Shown: positions 8,452 through 17,074 of the stretch, one piece after another
Numbering within the stretch: the first letter of the stretch is position 1
Layout: every line of letters starts with the position of its first letter
Virus record (IMG/VR): IMGVR_UViG_3300011971_000137
Span: 1-29,894 of that record
DNA: 29,894 nt
Origin: a virus
Lineage: Duplodnaviria > Caudoviricetes
Direction: 5' to 3' (one strand)
Program-made: the position numbers and the translations under genes
Notes under the pieces: model-generated
Databases searched by the model: none
Told to the model about the DNA's origin: nothing
What the model saw: the letters and a program-made list of their open reading frames with translations, nothing else

Positions 8452-10037
8452 TGTCCTTACTGGAAGAATTAATCAATTACTCCGACGATGTGATAGCGGG
8501 TAAGGTTGTTGCATGCGTTAAAAATAAGTGGGCTTGCCAAAGATTTCTAAACGATATAGCCAGACAGGGAACCGAAGAGTTTCCTTTTGTTTTTGTCGAG
8601 GAAAAATCAGAACGGTTCAACGATTGGATGAGGATGTTTAAGCACCGTAAAGGTGTACTCAAGGGCCAATACATTGAACCGCACATAATCCAAAAGTTTG
8701 TCTTTGGAAATATATATGGCTGGGTCCACAGAGATACAGGGTACCGAAGATTCAACAAAGCCTACTGGCAAGTTGGCCGTAAGAATGCCAAGTCTCAAAG
8801 CCTGTCTTGTGTCGGAAGCTATGAGTTAATGGCATTTGGCGAAGGGGCTTCCGAGGTTTACTGTACAGCAACAAAGCGAAAACAGGCTCGAATAGTTTGG
8901 GAAGAGACAGAAGCTATGCTCTTGGGGTGCCACGAGCTAAAGGGTAAGTTCAAAATTGCATACGGTCAGATAAAGCACGTAAAAACAGGGTCCATAATGG
9001 ATGCACTAAGCAAAGAGGATGAAAAGACTGGTGATGGACTTAATCCTCAATGCGGAATTATTGACGAGTACCATGCTCATAAAACGTCTGAAATGTATGA
9101 CATCATTGATAGTGGTATGGTCGCGAGACCACAGCCGTTACTGATGATCATTACTACTGCTGGATTTGACCTGTCTAATCCATGCTATTCCGTAGAGTAT
9201 AAGCTCGTCTCACATATCCTTGACCCTGATAACCCTTACTTGAATGAAAATTATTTCGTCATGATCAACGAATTAGACAAAGATGATGACATAAAAGATG
9301 AATCAGTTTGGGAAAAAGCTAACCCAATTGTTTGCTCTTATCCAGAGGGTGTTGATTCCATCCGTAAAAGGCTGAACTTAGCGCTTGAAGCACCCGAAAA
9401 GATGCGTGATTTTCTCACAAAAACAGTAAACGTCTGGGTTCAAATGCGGGAATTCGGATATATGGATCTCTCAAAGTGGGCCAAATGTGGACAAGAAATT
9501 GATCTGGAGATACTTAGGGACCAAGAATGTATCATTGGTAACGATTTATCTTCTACGTTGGACTTAACCAGTGTGGCCCATGAGTTCAAGATAGAGGAAA
9601 AATACTTTACTTTGTGTCATTCTTTCATGCCTGAAGAACGACTCAATGAAAAGATGGCAACAGACAAAGTTCCTTATGATCTTTGGGTTAAACAAGGATG
9701 GATCACATTAACACCAGGTGAAGTCGTGGACTATGCCTTTGTAATTGAGTACATCAACTCTACCAATGAAAAATACGGATTCATCCCCAAAGAACTTTGT
9801 TATGACAAATGGAATGCGACAATGTTCGGTACTGAAATGACTAATCAAGGTTATACGTGCGTGGACATTCGGCAGGGGATGCAGACGTTAGGGGAACCGA
9901 CCAAGAGTTTCAGGGAAGAAGTGTATAAGGGAAATGTGATACACAATAATAACCCTGTCTTAACATGGGCGATTGGAAATGCAGTCACAAAGATGGCTCC
10001 TAATGAAACAAGAACATCGGAGAGACAAGCGGATTAA
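8451..10037 (+). CDS. terL: Terminase large subunit, C-terminally truncated
   Basis: Walker A VGRKNAKS, Walker B GIIDEYH, ITTAG, GNDLSSTLDLT, YDKWNA, NPVLTWAIGN. Similarity stops at MAPNE; the usual final K...RID motif is absent. Confidence 0.92.
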   Translation: MSLLEELINYSDDVIAGKVVACVKNKWACQRFLNDIARQGTEEFPFVFVEEKSERFNDWMRMFKHRKGVLKGQYIEPHIIQKFVFGNIYGWVHRDTGYRRFNKAYWQVGRKNAKSQSLSCVGSYELMAFGEGASEVYCTATKRKQARIVWEETEAMLLGCHELKGKFKIAYGQIKHVKTGSIMDALSKEDEKTGDGLNPQCGIIDEYHAHKTSEMYDIIDSGMVARPQPLLMIITTAGFDLSNPCYSVEYKLVSHILDPDNPYLNENYFVMINELDKDDDIKDESVWEKANPIVCSYPEGVDSIRKRLNLALEAPEKMRDFLTKTVNVWVQMREFGYMDLSKWAKCGQEIDLEILRDQECIIGNDLSSTLDLTSVAHEFKIEEKYFTLCHSFMPEERLNEKMATDKVPYDLWVKQGWITLTPGEVVDYAFVIEYINSTNEKYGFIPKELCYDKWNATMFGTEMTNQGYTCVDIRQGMQTLGEPTKSFREEVYKGNVIHNNNPVLTWAIGNAVTKMAPNETRTSERQAD

Positions 10038-10120
10038 CGGATCCAGCACAATGGCTAATTGATCTCTTTGGCGGGGGGGTAACAACCTCAAGCGGCGAAC
10101 AGATCACGGCAGTAAACTCC

Positions 10121-11248
10121 TTGGAGATTGCAACGGTCTATGCATGCGTCAATATCAAGTCAAATGCAATCGCAAAGCTACCAATGCAAGTCTTTAAGAC
10201 CACACCAACCGGCAGGGAACGAGACAAAGCACATCAAGTAGCAAAACTTCTTGAAGTGCGGCCAAATCAATTCACAACTCCGTTCACCTTCAAGCATACG
10301 TTATCAGTCCATCAAAACCTTTGGGGAATAGCCTATGTTTACATGGAACCAGACCCTAGAAACGGAAAAATTATTGCATTATGGCTATTACATCCAGACG
10401 TTACGCAGCCATATCGAGACATCGAAACAGGACTCTACACCTATATTACAACACTGAATAGCAAGACAATGCGCCTGCAAGAGTCGGAAATTATTAAGCT
10501 TCCTTATCTCTCCCTTGATGGTGTGCGCGGCAAGAGTCCTATTGCTGTAGCTCGCGAGACGCTTGAGGTAATGAGAGCCAGCAATAAGTTTATCGGTGGA
10601 TTCTACAAGAACGGAACAAGCACTAAGGGAATCATCACAACTCCGGCACAACTTGGATCCCCAGCGAAAGATGCCCTCAGGTACGAATGGCAGAAAGCAA
10701 ATGGTGGGGTTGATAACGCTGGCGGTGTTGCGGTTGTTGATGCCGGTATGACCTATCAAAGTATTTCAATGCCCTTGGCTGATGCTGAGTTCATTGCAAC
10801 AGGTAAGTTCAATGTGGCTGAGATAGCCAAGATATTCAACGTCCCGCTTCACAAGCTTGCCGAACTTGATCGAGCGACATTCTCCAATATTGAAAGCCAG
10901 AACATGGACTTCGTTGGGGATTGCATCGCACCTTCTTTGATTAGTTGGGAAGAGGAATTTTCCTACAAGCTATTCTGTACGGAGAAGGATGCTGGGCATT
11001 ACGTTAAGTTCAACCTTAACAGCGCATTAAGGGGCGATTCAGCAAGCAGGGCGACCTACTACCAGACCATGACAGGTATTGGGGCGTACAGTATCAACGA
11101 CGTTCTTGAGCTAGAAGAAAAGGAAAGCATCGGGCCTGAGGGTGACGCGCATCGCGTTGACCTTAACCATGTAAATGTCTCTCTTGTCGATGAGTATCAA
11201 ATGAATAAATCGAAGATACCGAGTAAAACAGAGCCTCCTAAACAATAG
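10121..11248 (+). CDS. HK97-family portal protein, natural 5' end missing
   Basis: TVYACVNIKSNAIAKLP...GKSPI...EIAKIFNVP...ATFSNIE...LRGD. The frame is open back to 10007 with portal-like residues but no start codon or RBS. Confidence 0.92.
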   Translation: MEIATVYACVNIKSNAIAKLPMQVFKTTPTGRERDKAHQVAKLLEVRPNQFTTPFTFKHTLSVHQNLWGIAYVYMEPDPRNGKIIALWLLHPDVTQPYRDIETGLYTYITTLNSKTMRLQESEIIKLPYLSLDGVRGKSPIAVARETLEVMRASNKFIGGFYKNGTSTKGIITTPAQLGSPAKDALRYEWQKANGGVDNAGGVAVVDAGMTYQSISMPLADAEFIATGKFNVAEIAKIFNVPLHKLAELDRATFSNIESQNMDFVGDCIAPSLISWEEEFSYKLFCTEKDAGHYVKFNLNSALRGDSASRATYYQTMTGIGAYSINDVLELEEKESIGPEGDAHRVDLNHVNVSLVDEYQMNKSKIPSKTEPPKQ

Positions 11249-11270
11249 TAAAAGGTGGCGATCTTCAATC

Positions 11271-11296
11271 TAGCACCTTATGGGTGTTATTTTTTA
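11271..11296 (+). terminator. Possible intrinsic terminator after the portal gene
   Basis: TAGCACCT-TAT-GGGTGTTA followed by a T run. Confidence 0.45.
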
Positions 11297-11321
11297 TGGT
11301 TTAAGGAGGTGATGAAAAGAT

Positions 11322-12047
11322 ATGGCCAAGAAAGCGCCAAATAAGAAGTTTTGGGACTTTAGAAATGCGCTCAGTGATAGAGCAGAGCTATATGTCTACG
11401 GAGAAATCGTGTCCGGGTCCTACAAATGGGATGACACAGACGTTACTATCACCGATTTTAAAGACCAATTAGACCAACTCGGTGACATAAAAACCCTAAA
11501 TATGTACGTTTCCAGCCCAGGGGGAAGCATTTTCACAACGGTTGCTATGATGTCCATGTTACAAAGAGCAAAAGACAAGGGGTTAGTTGTAAACGCTTAT
11601 ATCGACGGAGTTGCTGCGTCTGCCGCAGGTTTTCTGCTAATGGCTGCAACAAATATTTACATGTATGCCAACAGCACCTTAATGATCCACAAACCCCTAT
11701 TAATGGGGCAAATGGCAGCTAACGCAGATGACTTAAGGAAGATGGCCGATTCCCTTGACGCGTTAGAGAGCGGAAGCCTGATAGGGTCTTACATGACTAA
11801 GGCTAAAGAGGCGTTGACGGAGGACAAGTTGAGGGAATTGCTCGCGGCTGAAACTTGGATGGACGCAAAGATGGCTAGCGAATATTTCGACATCACTATC
11901 CTAGAAGAAACTAAGCAATATGTCGCGAGCGTAAAGGATTCCCTCATTTTTGCTAGTTATAAACATGCTCCCGAGTTTGCCAAGGAAGAACTGCCAGACC
12001 CGAACGCCTTACTAAAACAAAAGATTGAAATAGAGCTAGGACTCTAA
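11322..12047 (+). CDS. ClpP-like prohead maturation protease
   Basis: SSPGGS, IDGVAASAA, LMIHKP, ETWMDA; AAGGAGG RBS. Confidence 0.93.
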   Translation: MAKKAPNKKFWDFRNALSDRAELYVYGEIVSGSYKWDDTDVTITDFKDQLDQLGDIKTLNMYVSSPGGSIFTTVAMMSMLQRAKDKGLVVNAYIDGVAASAAGFLLMAATNIYMYANSTLMIHKPLLMGQMAANADDLRKMADSLDALESGSLIGSYMTKAKEALTEDKLRELLAAETWMDAKMASEYFDITILEETKQYVASVKDSLIFASYKHAPEFAKEELPDPNALLKQKIEIELGL

Positions 12048-12068
12048 ACAAAGAAAGAGGTTTTTAGA

Positions 12069-13199
12069 TTGACAAAAGAATTACGCGCTATTTTCGAGGC
12101 ATTGAACGGTAAAAAGACCCAAGTACAAGCGTTGCTTGCAGAAGACAAACTCGTTGAAGCCGAAGCGCTCATGGTTGAGGTTCGAAATCTCCAAAAGAAA
12201 GCCGACTTACAGGCGGAAATCGAAGCGCAGGCTCGCGTCACAATCCCTAAGGTTGTTCCTGACGATAAAGTATTGACTCCTGAAGCCCAATACAAAGCGG
12301 CATTCTTCAAAGCATTCCGAGGTAAGAAGATCACTGAGATTGAAAACAGCCTATTAGAAGCTCAAGCAGCCCTATCCAGTACAACTGGAGAAGATGGAGG
12401 ATTCATCATTCCGCAAGACATCCAAACGCGGATTCGCGAACTAAAACGCGACCTTCCAATCCTTGAGAACTATGTCAATGTTGAGCCTGTCACAACCCTT
12501 ACTGGTTCGCGAGTCATCGAGAAGTATGCCGACATCGTTCCATTTGTAGAATTTGCAGAGGGCGATGATGTACCAGGAACTACCACTCCTCAGTTTATGA
12601 ATATTTCCTATGATATTAAAGATAAAGGCGGTATTCTCCCAGTTCCAAACAATCTCATGAATGACACCGACCAAAACCTCATGGCTTATCTTGAAAAATG
12701 GTTACTTCGTAAATCCATCGCCACTCGTAACGTGATGATCGTAAATAAGCTCAAAACACTTACACCTGTAGCGGTTTCCGGATTCGACGACATTAAGAAA
12801 GCGATCAACGTAACCCTTGATCCTATGCTTGCAGCTGGGGCAATCATTATCACCAACCAAGACGGATATAACTACCTTGATACCCTCAAGGACGGTGATG
12901 GCGAGTACATCCTGAAGACAGATGTTACCAACGCAAGCGGGAAAACTGTTGTATCGAAAGAAGTTGTGACTATTTCCAACAAACAACTTCCAACCATCGC
13001 GGGAAAAGCCCCTATTTTCATGGGCGACCTGAAAGAATTTGTCACATTGTTTGACCGCCAGCAAATGTCCTTGCTCGCCACTAACATCGGCGGTACTGCA
13101 TTCACCAAAAACCGCACTGACATTCGCGCAATCGTGCGTGATGATATTCAAACTGGTGACGTTGACGCAATGGTCTATGGTGAGTTTACAATCGTTTAA
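12069..13199 (+). CDS. Major capsid protein, HK97 family
   Basis: Coiled-coil delta domain, DGGFIIPQDIQT, TLTGSR, IITNQDGYNYLDTLKDGDGEYIL, GDLKE...FDRQ. Confidence 0.95.
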   Translation: MTKELRAIFEALNGKKTQVQALLAEDKLVEAEALMVEVRNLQKKADLQAEIEAQARVTIPKVVPDDKVLTPEAQYKAAFFKAFRGKKITEIENSLLEAQAALSSTTGEDGGFIIPQDIQTRIRELKRDLPILENYVNVEPVTTLTGSRVIEKYADIVPFVEFAEGDDVPGTTTPQFMNISYDIKDKGGILPVPNNLMNDTDQNLMAYLEKWLLRKSIATRNVMIVNKLKTLTPVAVSGFDDIKKAINVTLDPMLAAGAIIITNQDGYNYLDTLKDGDGEYILKTDVTNASGKTVVSKEVVTISNKQLPTIAGKAPIFMGDLKEFVTLFDRQQMSLLATNIGGTAFTKNRTDIRAIVRDDIQTGDVDAMVYGEFTIV

Positions 13200-13244
13200 T
13201 AATGGGGCTTCGGACCCTCAAAATATTAGATAGGAAGTGATTAA

Positions 13245-13451
13245 ATGCCATATGTACCAAAAAACTACGAGGACCAAGGCGGGAATAGGACTGTGATCGG
13301 TGGCGAGCTGAAAGTTATAGCTGGCGGAAAGATTACGCCTGCCAGCGGTGTCCAAGCTGCAGCAATTACGAACCCAACAGACTTGGCAACAGCGTTAACG
13401 GTTATAGCAGCTATAAATGCAGCCATTAAAGCGGTCGGAATAACTTTATAG
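13245..13451 (+). CDS. Head fibre/decoration-like small protein
   Basis: KNYEDQGGNRTVIGGEL N-terminal motif seen in small post-capsid proteins; position. Confidence 0.6.
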   Translation: MPYVPKNYEDQGGNRTVIGGELKVIAGGKITPASGVQAAAITNPTDLATALTVIAAINAAIKAVGITL

Positions 13452-13487
13452 GGAACCTCGGTCCCTTGCTCTTAAGGGGGTATTAAA

Positions 13488-13781
13488 TTGGAACTAGAAG
13501 ACCTTAAGCTATATTTACGCGTTGACGGAACAGACGAAGATACCCTGATTGGTAGTTTACAGGTGGGAGCGGAAACGTACCTCACCAACGCAGGGATAAC
13601 GGTAGACTACTCAAACGATCTGTATAAACTGGCCGTGAAAATGTTGATCCTCCACTGGTACGATAACAGGATGCAATTCGCCATCGGAAGGGTGGCAGAA
13701 AAGATCGCATTCACACTGGAAAGTCTTATCTATAGCATTAAATATAATCAAGTGACGGTAGACCCGGTGGTGACACTATGA
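13488..13781 (+). CDS. Head-tail connector (HK97 gp6-like)
   Basis: LEDLKLYLRVDGTDEDTLI...AVKMLILHWYDNR. Confidence 0.9.
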   Translation: MELEDLKLYLRVDGTDEDTLIGSLQVGAETYLTNAGITVDYSNDLYKLAVKMLILHWYDNRMQFAIGRVAEKIAFTLESLIYSIKYNQVTVDPVVTL

Positions 13782-14107
13782 ACTCAGGAAAGCTGAACAA
13801 ACGAATAACTATACTCACAACGGTTGAGGGTACAAACGAAGCGGGGGATACGATACTAGCTCCATCTACTTTAAAAACAGTGTGGGCTAGTGTGTCCCCA
13901 ACTACAGGTAGGGATTATGTGGAAGCGAAAAAGTTCCAAGCTGAGTTAACCTATAAGTTCACCATTCGCTATCTGGCTGACGTAACACCCGACATGACGA
14001 TACAATTTAAGACCAGAATATTCCTTATCCGAGACATCATTAATCCCTTCGAACATAATGAAATGCTTGAGATTATGGCAATCGAGAGGGTGATTAAGAA
14101 TGGCTGA
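13778..14107 (+). CDS. Head closure / head-tail adaptor (SPP1 gp16-like)
   Basis: MNSGKLNKRITI...VWASV...GRDY...FTIRY...DMTI. Confidence 0.9.
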   Translation: MNSGKLNKRITILTTVEGTNEAGDTILAPSTLKTVWASVSPTTGRDYVEAKKFQAELTYKFTIRYLADVTPDMTIQFKTRIFLIRDIINPFEHNEMLEIMAIERVIKNG

Positions 14108-14516
14108 GGACTTCGAAATTAGGTTTAGTGGAATGGATAGTATCCGAACTAAACTTGAAGAAGTAAGAACTAGGTATCCCTACAAGGAGGAAGAAATACT
14201 CCTGAAATTAGGCGCAACCTTAAAGGCCAGCGCCAAGGAAAAAACTCCAACCGGAGCAAGTAAAAAACACCTAAAGAGTCAGTACAAACTCTCTAAGGTG
14301 AATTACGAAAAAGACGGAGCAAACATAACCATGACGAATACGAGCCCGCTTTTTCATCTTGTAGAAAAAGGACACGTGATAAAGAATAAAAAAGGCGGAT
14401 CTTCGCTTGGTTTCGTACCTGGAAAGCACATGGTAGAGACGGCTATGATCGAATTAGATCAGGCAATACCAGCAGCGGTAGGGGCTTGGCTAGACGGCAT
14501 ATTGGGCGGTGTGTGA
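14100..14516 (+). CDS. HK97 gp10-family neck protein
   Basis: KEKTP...HLK...HLVEKGH...FVPGKHM; position. Confidence 0.85.
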   Translation: MAEDFEIRFSGMDSIRTKLEEVRTRYPYKEEEILLKLGATLKASAKEKTPTGASKKHLKSQYKLSKVNYEKDGANITMTNTSPLFHLVEKGHVIKNKKGGSSLGFVPGKHMVETAMIELDQAIPAAVGAWLDGILGGV

Positions 14517-14959
14517 TGATTACGCTAGTAGACATCAAGAAAGCTATTAATGATGCATTAGTGCCCACTGGGTTAAAGCCTCCATATGGGAACGAGGTCA
14601 AAGAGGGATTCTCTAGACCTTGTTTTTTTGTGAACTTAATTCCGGTTACGAGCGATACCTTCAAGCGAGATACAAGTGAAAATTCCTTGATGGTTGAAAT
14701 TGTTTACTTCTCCGCAAATAAAACAGACCTAGAAAATCTTCAAATGTACGACACTCTGAAAGGAATCCTAACGCCTATACTGACCATAGGGAACAGAAAA
14801 CTATTAGTGAGGAATTTCCGGGCAGAAGTAATCGACGAGGATGATCATATATACTCTGTTAAATTCGACTTAAACTATTATGACGAGATCGTAGATAACA
14901 CACCAGAAGCAGAACCGTCTCAAGCAACCGGCTTAAGTTTAAACATAGGAGGTAATTAG
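14516..14959 (+). CDS. Tail terminator/completion protein
   Basis: DIKKAIN...EVKEGFSRPCFFV...EIVYF; directly before the sheath gene. Confidence 0.75.
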   Translation: MITLVDIKKAINDALVPTGLKPPYGNEVKEGFSRPCFFVNLIPVTSDTFKRDTSENSLMVEIVYFSANKTDLENLQMYDTLKGILTPILTIGNRKLLVRNFRAEVIDEDDHIYSVKFDLNYYDEIVDNTPEAEPSQATGLSLNIGGN

Positions 14960-14960
14960 C

Positions 14961-16025
14961 ATGGGGCTTCCCAACATAGAGGTAATTTTTAAATCCTTAG
15001 CCATAAGTGCAATTAAAAGAGGAGCAAGAGGAGTCGTTGCCGTCGTTCTAAAAGATGCGTTGCATAATGGGGCTAACGTCTATACGGATTCAGCAATGAT
15101 CCCACAGGACTATTCGGCGTATAATCTTAACCAAATTAACCTGGCCTACATGGGTGGAGTGCAACCTCCCACTAGCTTAATCGTATATGTCGAGCCGGTT
15201 GATGCCGCCAATTACACGGCTGCTATGACCTACCTAGAAACAGTTAAGTGGGATTATGGGTGCGTACCTGAAATTGGTTTGTCAGATGCCTTGTTGTTTG
15301 CGACGTGGATCAAGGGTCTAAGAGATACGAAGGATATTAAGTCTAAAATGGTCTTGCCTAATACAGCAAGTGATCACGAGGGAGTCATAAACTTCGCCAC
15401 AGACGGAATTATTACAGCAGGGGGAACGGTAGCAGCCACAGATTACTGCAGTAGGATAGCGGGCATCTTGGCTGGAAATCCATTAACCATGAGTGCTACC
15501 TATCAAGTGCTATCGGAGGTTTTGGACGTTCCTCATTCAACAAAAGCACAATTCAATACACTTATTGATGCCGGTAAACTTGTCCTTATGAATGACGGCG
15601 AAAAGGTTAAGATCGCACGGGCGGTAAATAGCCTGGTTACTATCATTCCGGACAAGAGTGCTGACTTCAAGAAGATCAAAATTGTCGACATTATGGATTT
15701 AGTCAACAACGACATAAAAAAGACTTATGACGATAATTACGTTGGCAAGGTTCCGAACGATTATGACCATAAGTGCTTACTTATCACGGCTATTAATGCC
15801 TACCTTGAAGGGTTAGAGAAATCAAATGCTTTTAGACAAAGGAAAGAACAGTGTTAAGTAGACGTAGAGGCCCAAGGATTGTACCTCAGAGGAATCGGGA
15901 TAGATACCAGCCTAATGACTAGCGCGGAGATTAAGCAAGCAAACACCGGGTCATCCGTTCTATTGACGGGCACAACAAAGCCTTTGGATGCAATGGAAGA
16001 TTTGATTCTGAATTTATTTTTATAG
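14961..16025 (+). pseudogene. Contractile tail sheath (XkdK/C. difficile phage type), interrupted by TAA at 15855-15857
   Basis: MGLPNIEVIFK...DHEGVINF...SRIAGILAG...KVKIARAVNSL...YVGKVPNDYDHK. Sheath-like sequence resumes in the same frame after the stop (VDVEAQ...ANTGSSV...LDAMEDL) to TAG at 16023-16025. Confidence 0.88.
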
Positions 16026-16039
16026 GAGGTATTTGATAC

Positions 16040-16468
16040 GTGGATAATTTTAAAGGCAGCCAGGTAATTAGCGGTACCTGGGGTGAAATGTGGCTTAACG
16101 GCGATAAAATGTCTGAGACGAGCGCGTTGCAAGCTAAAGTTTCTCTAAAGAAAACAGCAGTCAATATGTGCGGATCGCTCGTGGATGGGCAGAAGGTTTC
16201 GGGTATGGAGCTTAAAGGAACCCTGAAAATGCACAAAGTAAGTTCTGCCATGATCAGGGCCAACAGTGTCAGCATCAAGAACGGTAAAACTCTTGACTAT
16301 ACCATTATCTCCAATTTGGATGATCCAGACAGCTTAGGAGCGGAACGAATCGTTCTCAAGGGCGTAACCTTCGACGAATTAACTCTTGTAGATTGGGAAG
16401 CTAAGAAAAACGGCGAAGAATCAGTGCCGTTTACTTTTCAAGATTGGGATTTATTGGACTTGATATAG
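16040..16468 (+). CDS. Tail tube protein (XkdM-like)
   Basis: VISGTWGEMWLNG...KGTLKMHKVSS...LDDPDSLGAERIVLKGVTFDELTL...PFTF. Confidence 0.9.
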   Translation: MDNFKGSQVISGTWGEMWLNGDKMSETSALQAKVSLKKTAVNMCGSLVDGQKVSGMELKGTLKMHKVSSAMIRANSVSIKNGKTLDYTIISNLDDPDSLGAERIVLKGVTFDELTLVDWEAKKNGEESVPFTFQDWDLLDLI

Positions 16469-16502
16469 TATGGGATTTAAATTTTATTTAGGGGGATATG
16501 TT

Positions 16503-16904
16503 ATGAATTTAGTAGATAAATTATTAGCTCTGGATGCCGGGACAATAGCGACTCCAACGAAGGTTATCATTATCCAATCAAAGAAAATAAATGATACTCT
16601 CGAATTCCCATGTAAAGCAGTCGATGCGGAGAAATATGCAGAGATCCAAGAAGGCGCTCTGGAGATCCGCAAAGGCGACGTCAAGAAGATCAATATGTAC
16701 AGCATGAAAACCCTAATCATCATCGAAGGCTGCCCGGATGTTTTCAAAAGTAAAGAGGTAATGGCGCACTTCGGAGTGCCAACACCCAAAGAACTTATTA
16801 AATTGTTACTCCTGAGCGGAGAGATCGACGATCTTTACAACGGTATCAATGAGTTATCTGGATATGAAAAAGACGACGAGGACGAAGAAATCATAAAAAA
16901 CTAA
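16503..16904 (+). CDS. Tail assembly chaperone (XkdN-like)
   Basis: PTPKELIKLLLLSGEIDDLYNGINELSGY; ends EIIKN on slippery A AAA AAC; RBS favours ATG 16503. Confidence 0.85.
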   Translation: MNLVDKLLALDAGTIATPTKVIIIQSKKINDTLEFPCKAVDAEKYAEIQEGALEIRKGDVKKINMYSMKTLIIIEGCPDVFKSKEVMAHFGVPTPKELIKLLLLSGEIDDLYNGINELSGYEKDDEDEEIIKN

Positions 16905-17074
16905 TCACGGAAGATAGGAATGTTGAGACAGCCTATCTTCTTTTCAGATTCAAAAACATGAATCCTAGTGAGTATTACAATAAAAAGCCTGGCGAGAAGA
17001 AGATTCTCCAGGCTTTTATGCACTTTGAGATCGAAGAAAGAAACCGAGTAAACCCACAGGACGGGGGTGATTAA
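16901..17074 (+). CDS. -1 frameshift extension of the tail chaperone (gpGT-like)
   Basis: Open -1 frame LITEDRNVETAYLLFRFKNMNPSEYY...GEKKILQAFMHFEIEE ends at TAA 17072-17074, abutting the tape measure ATG. Confidence 0.75.
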   Translation, partial: LITEDRNVETAYLLFRFKNMNPSEYYNKKPGEKKILQAFMHFEIEERNRVNPQDGGD

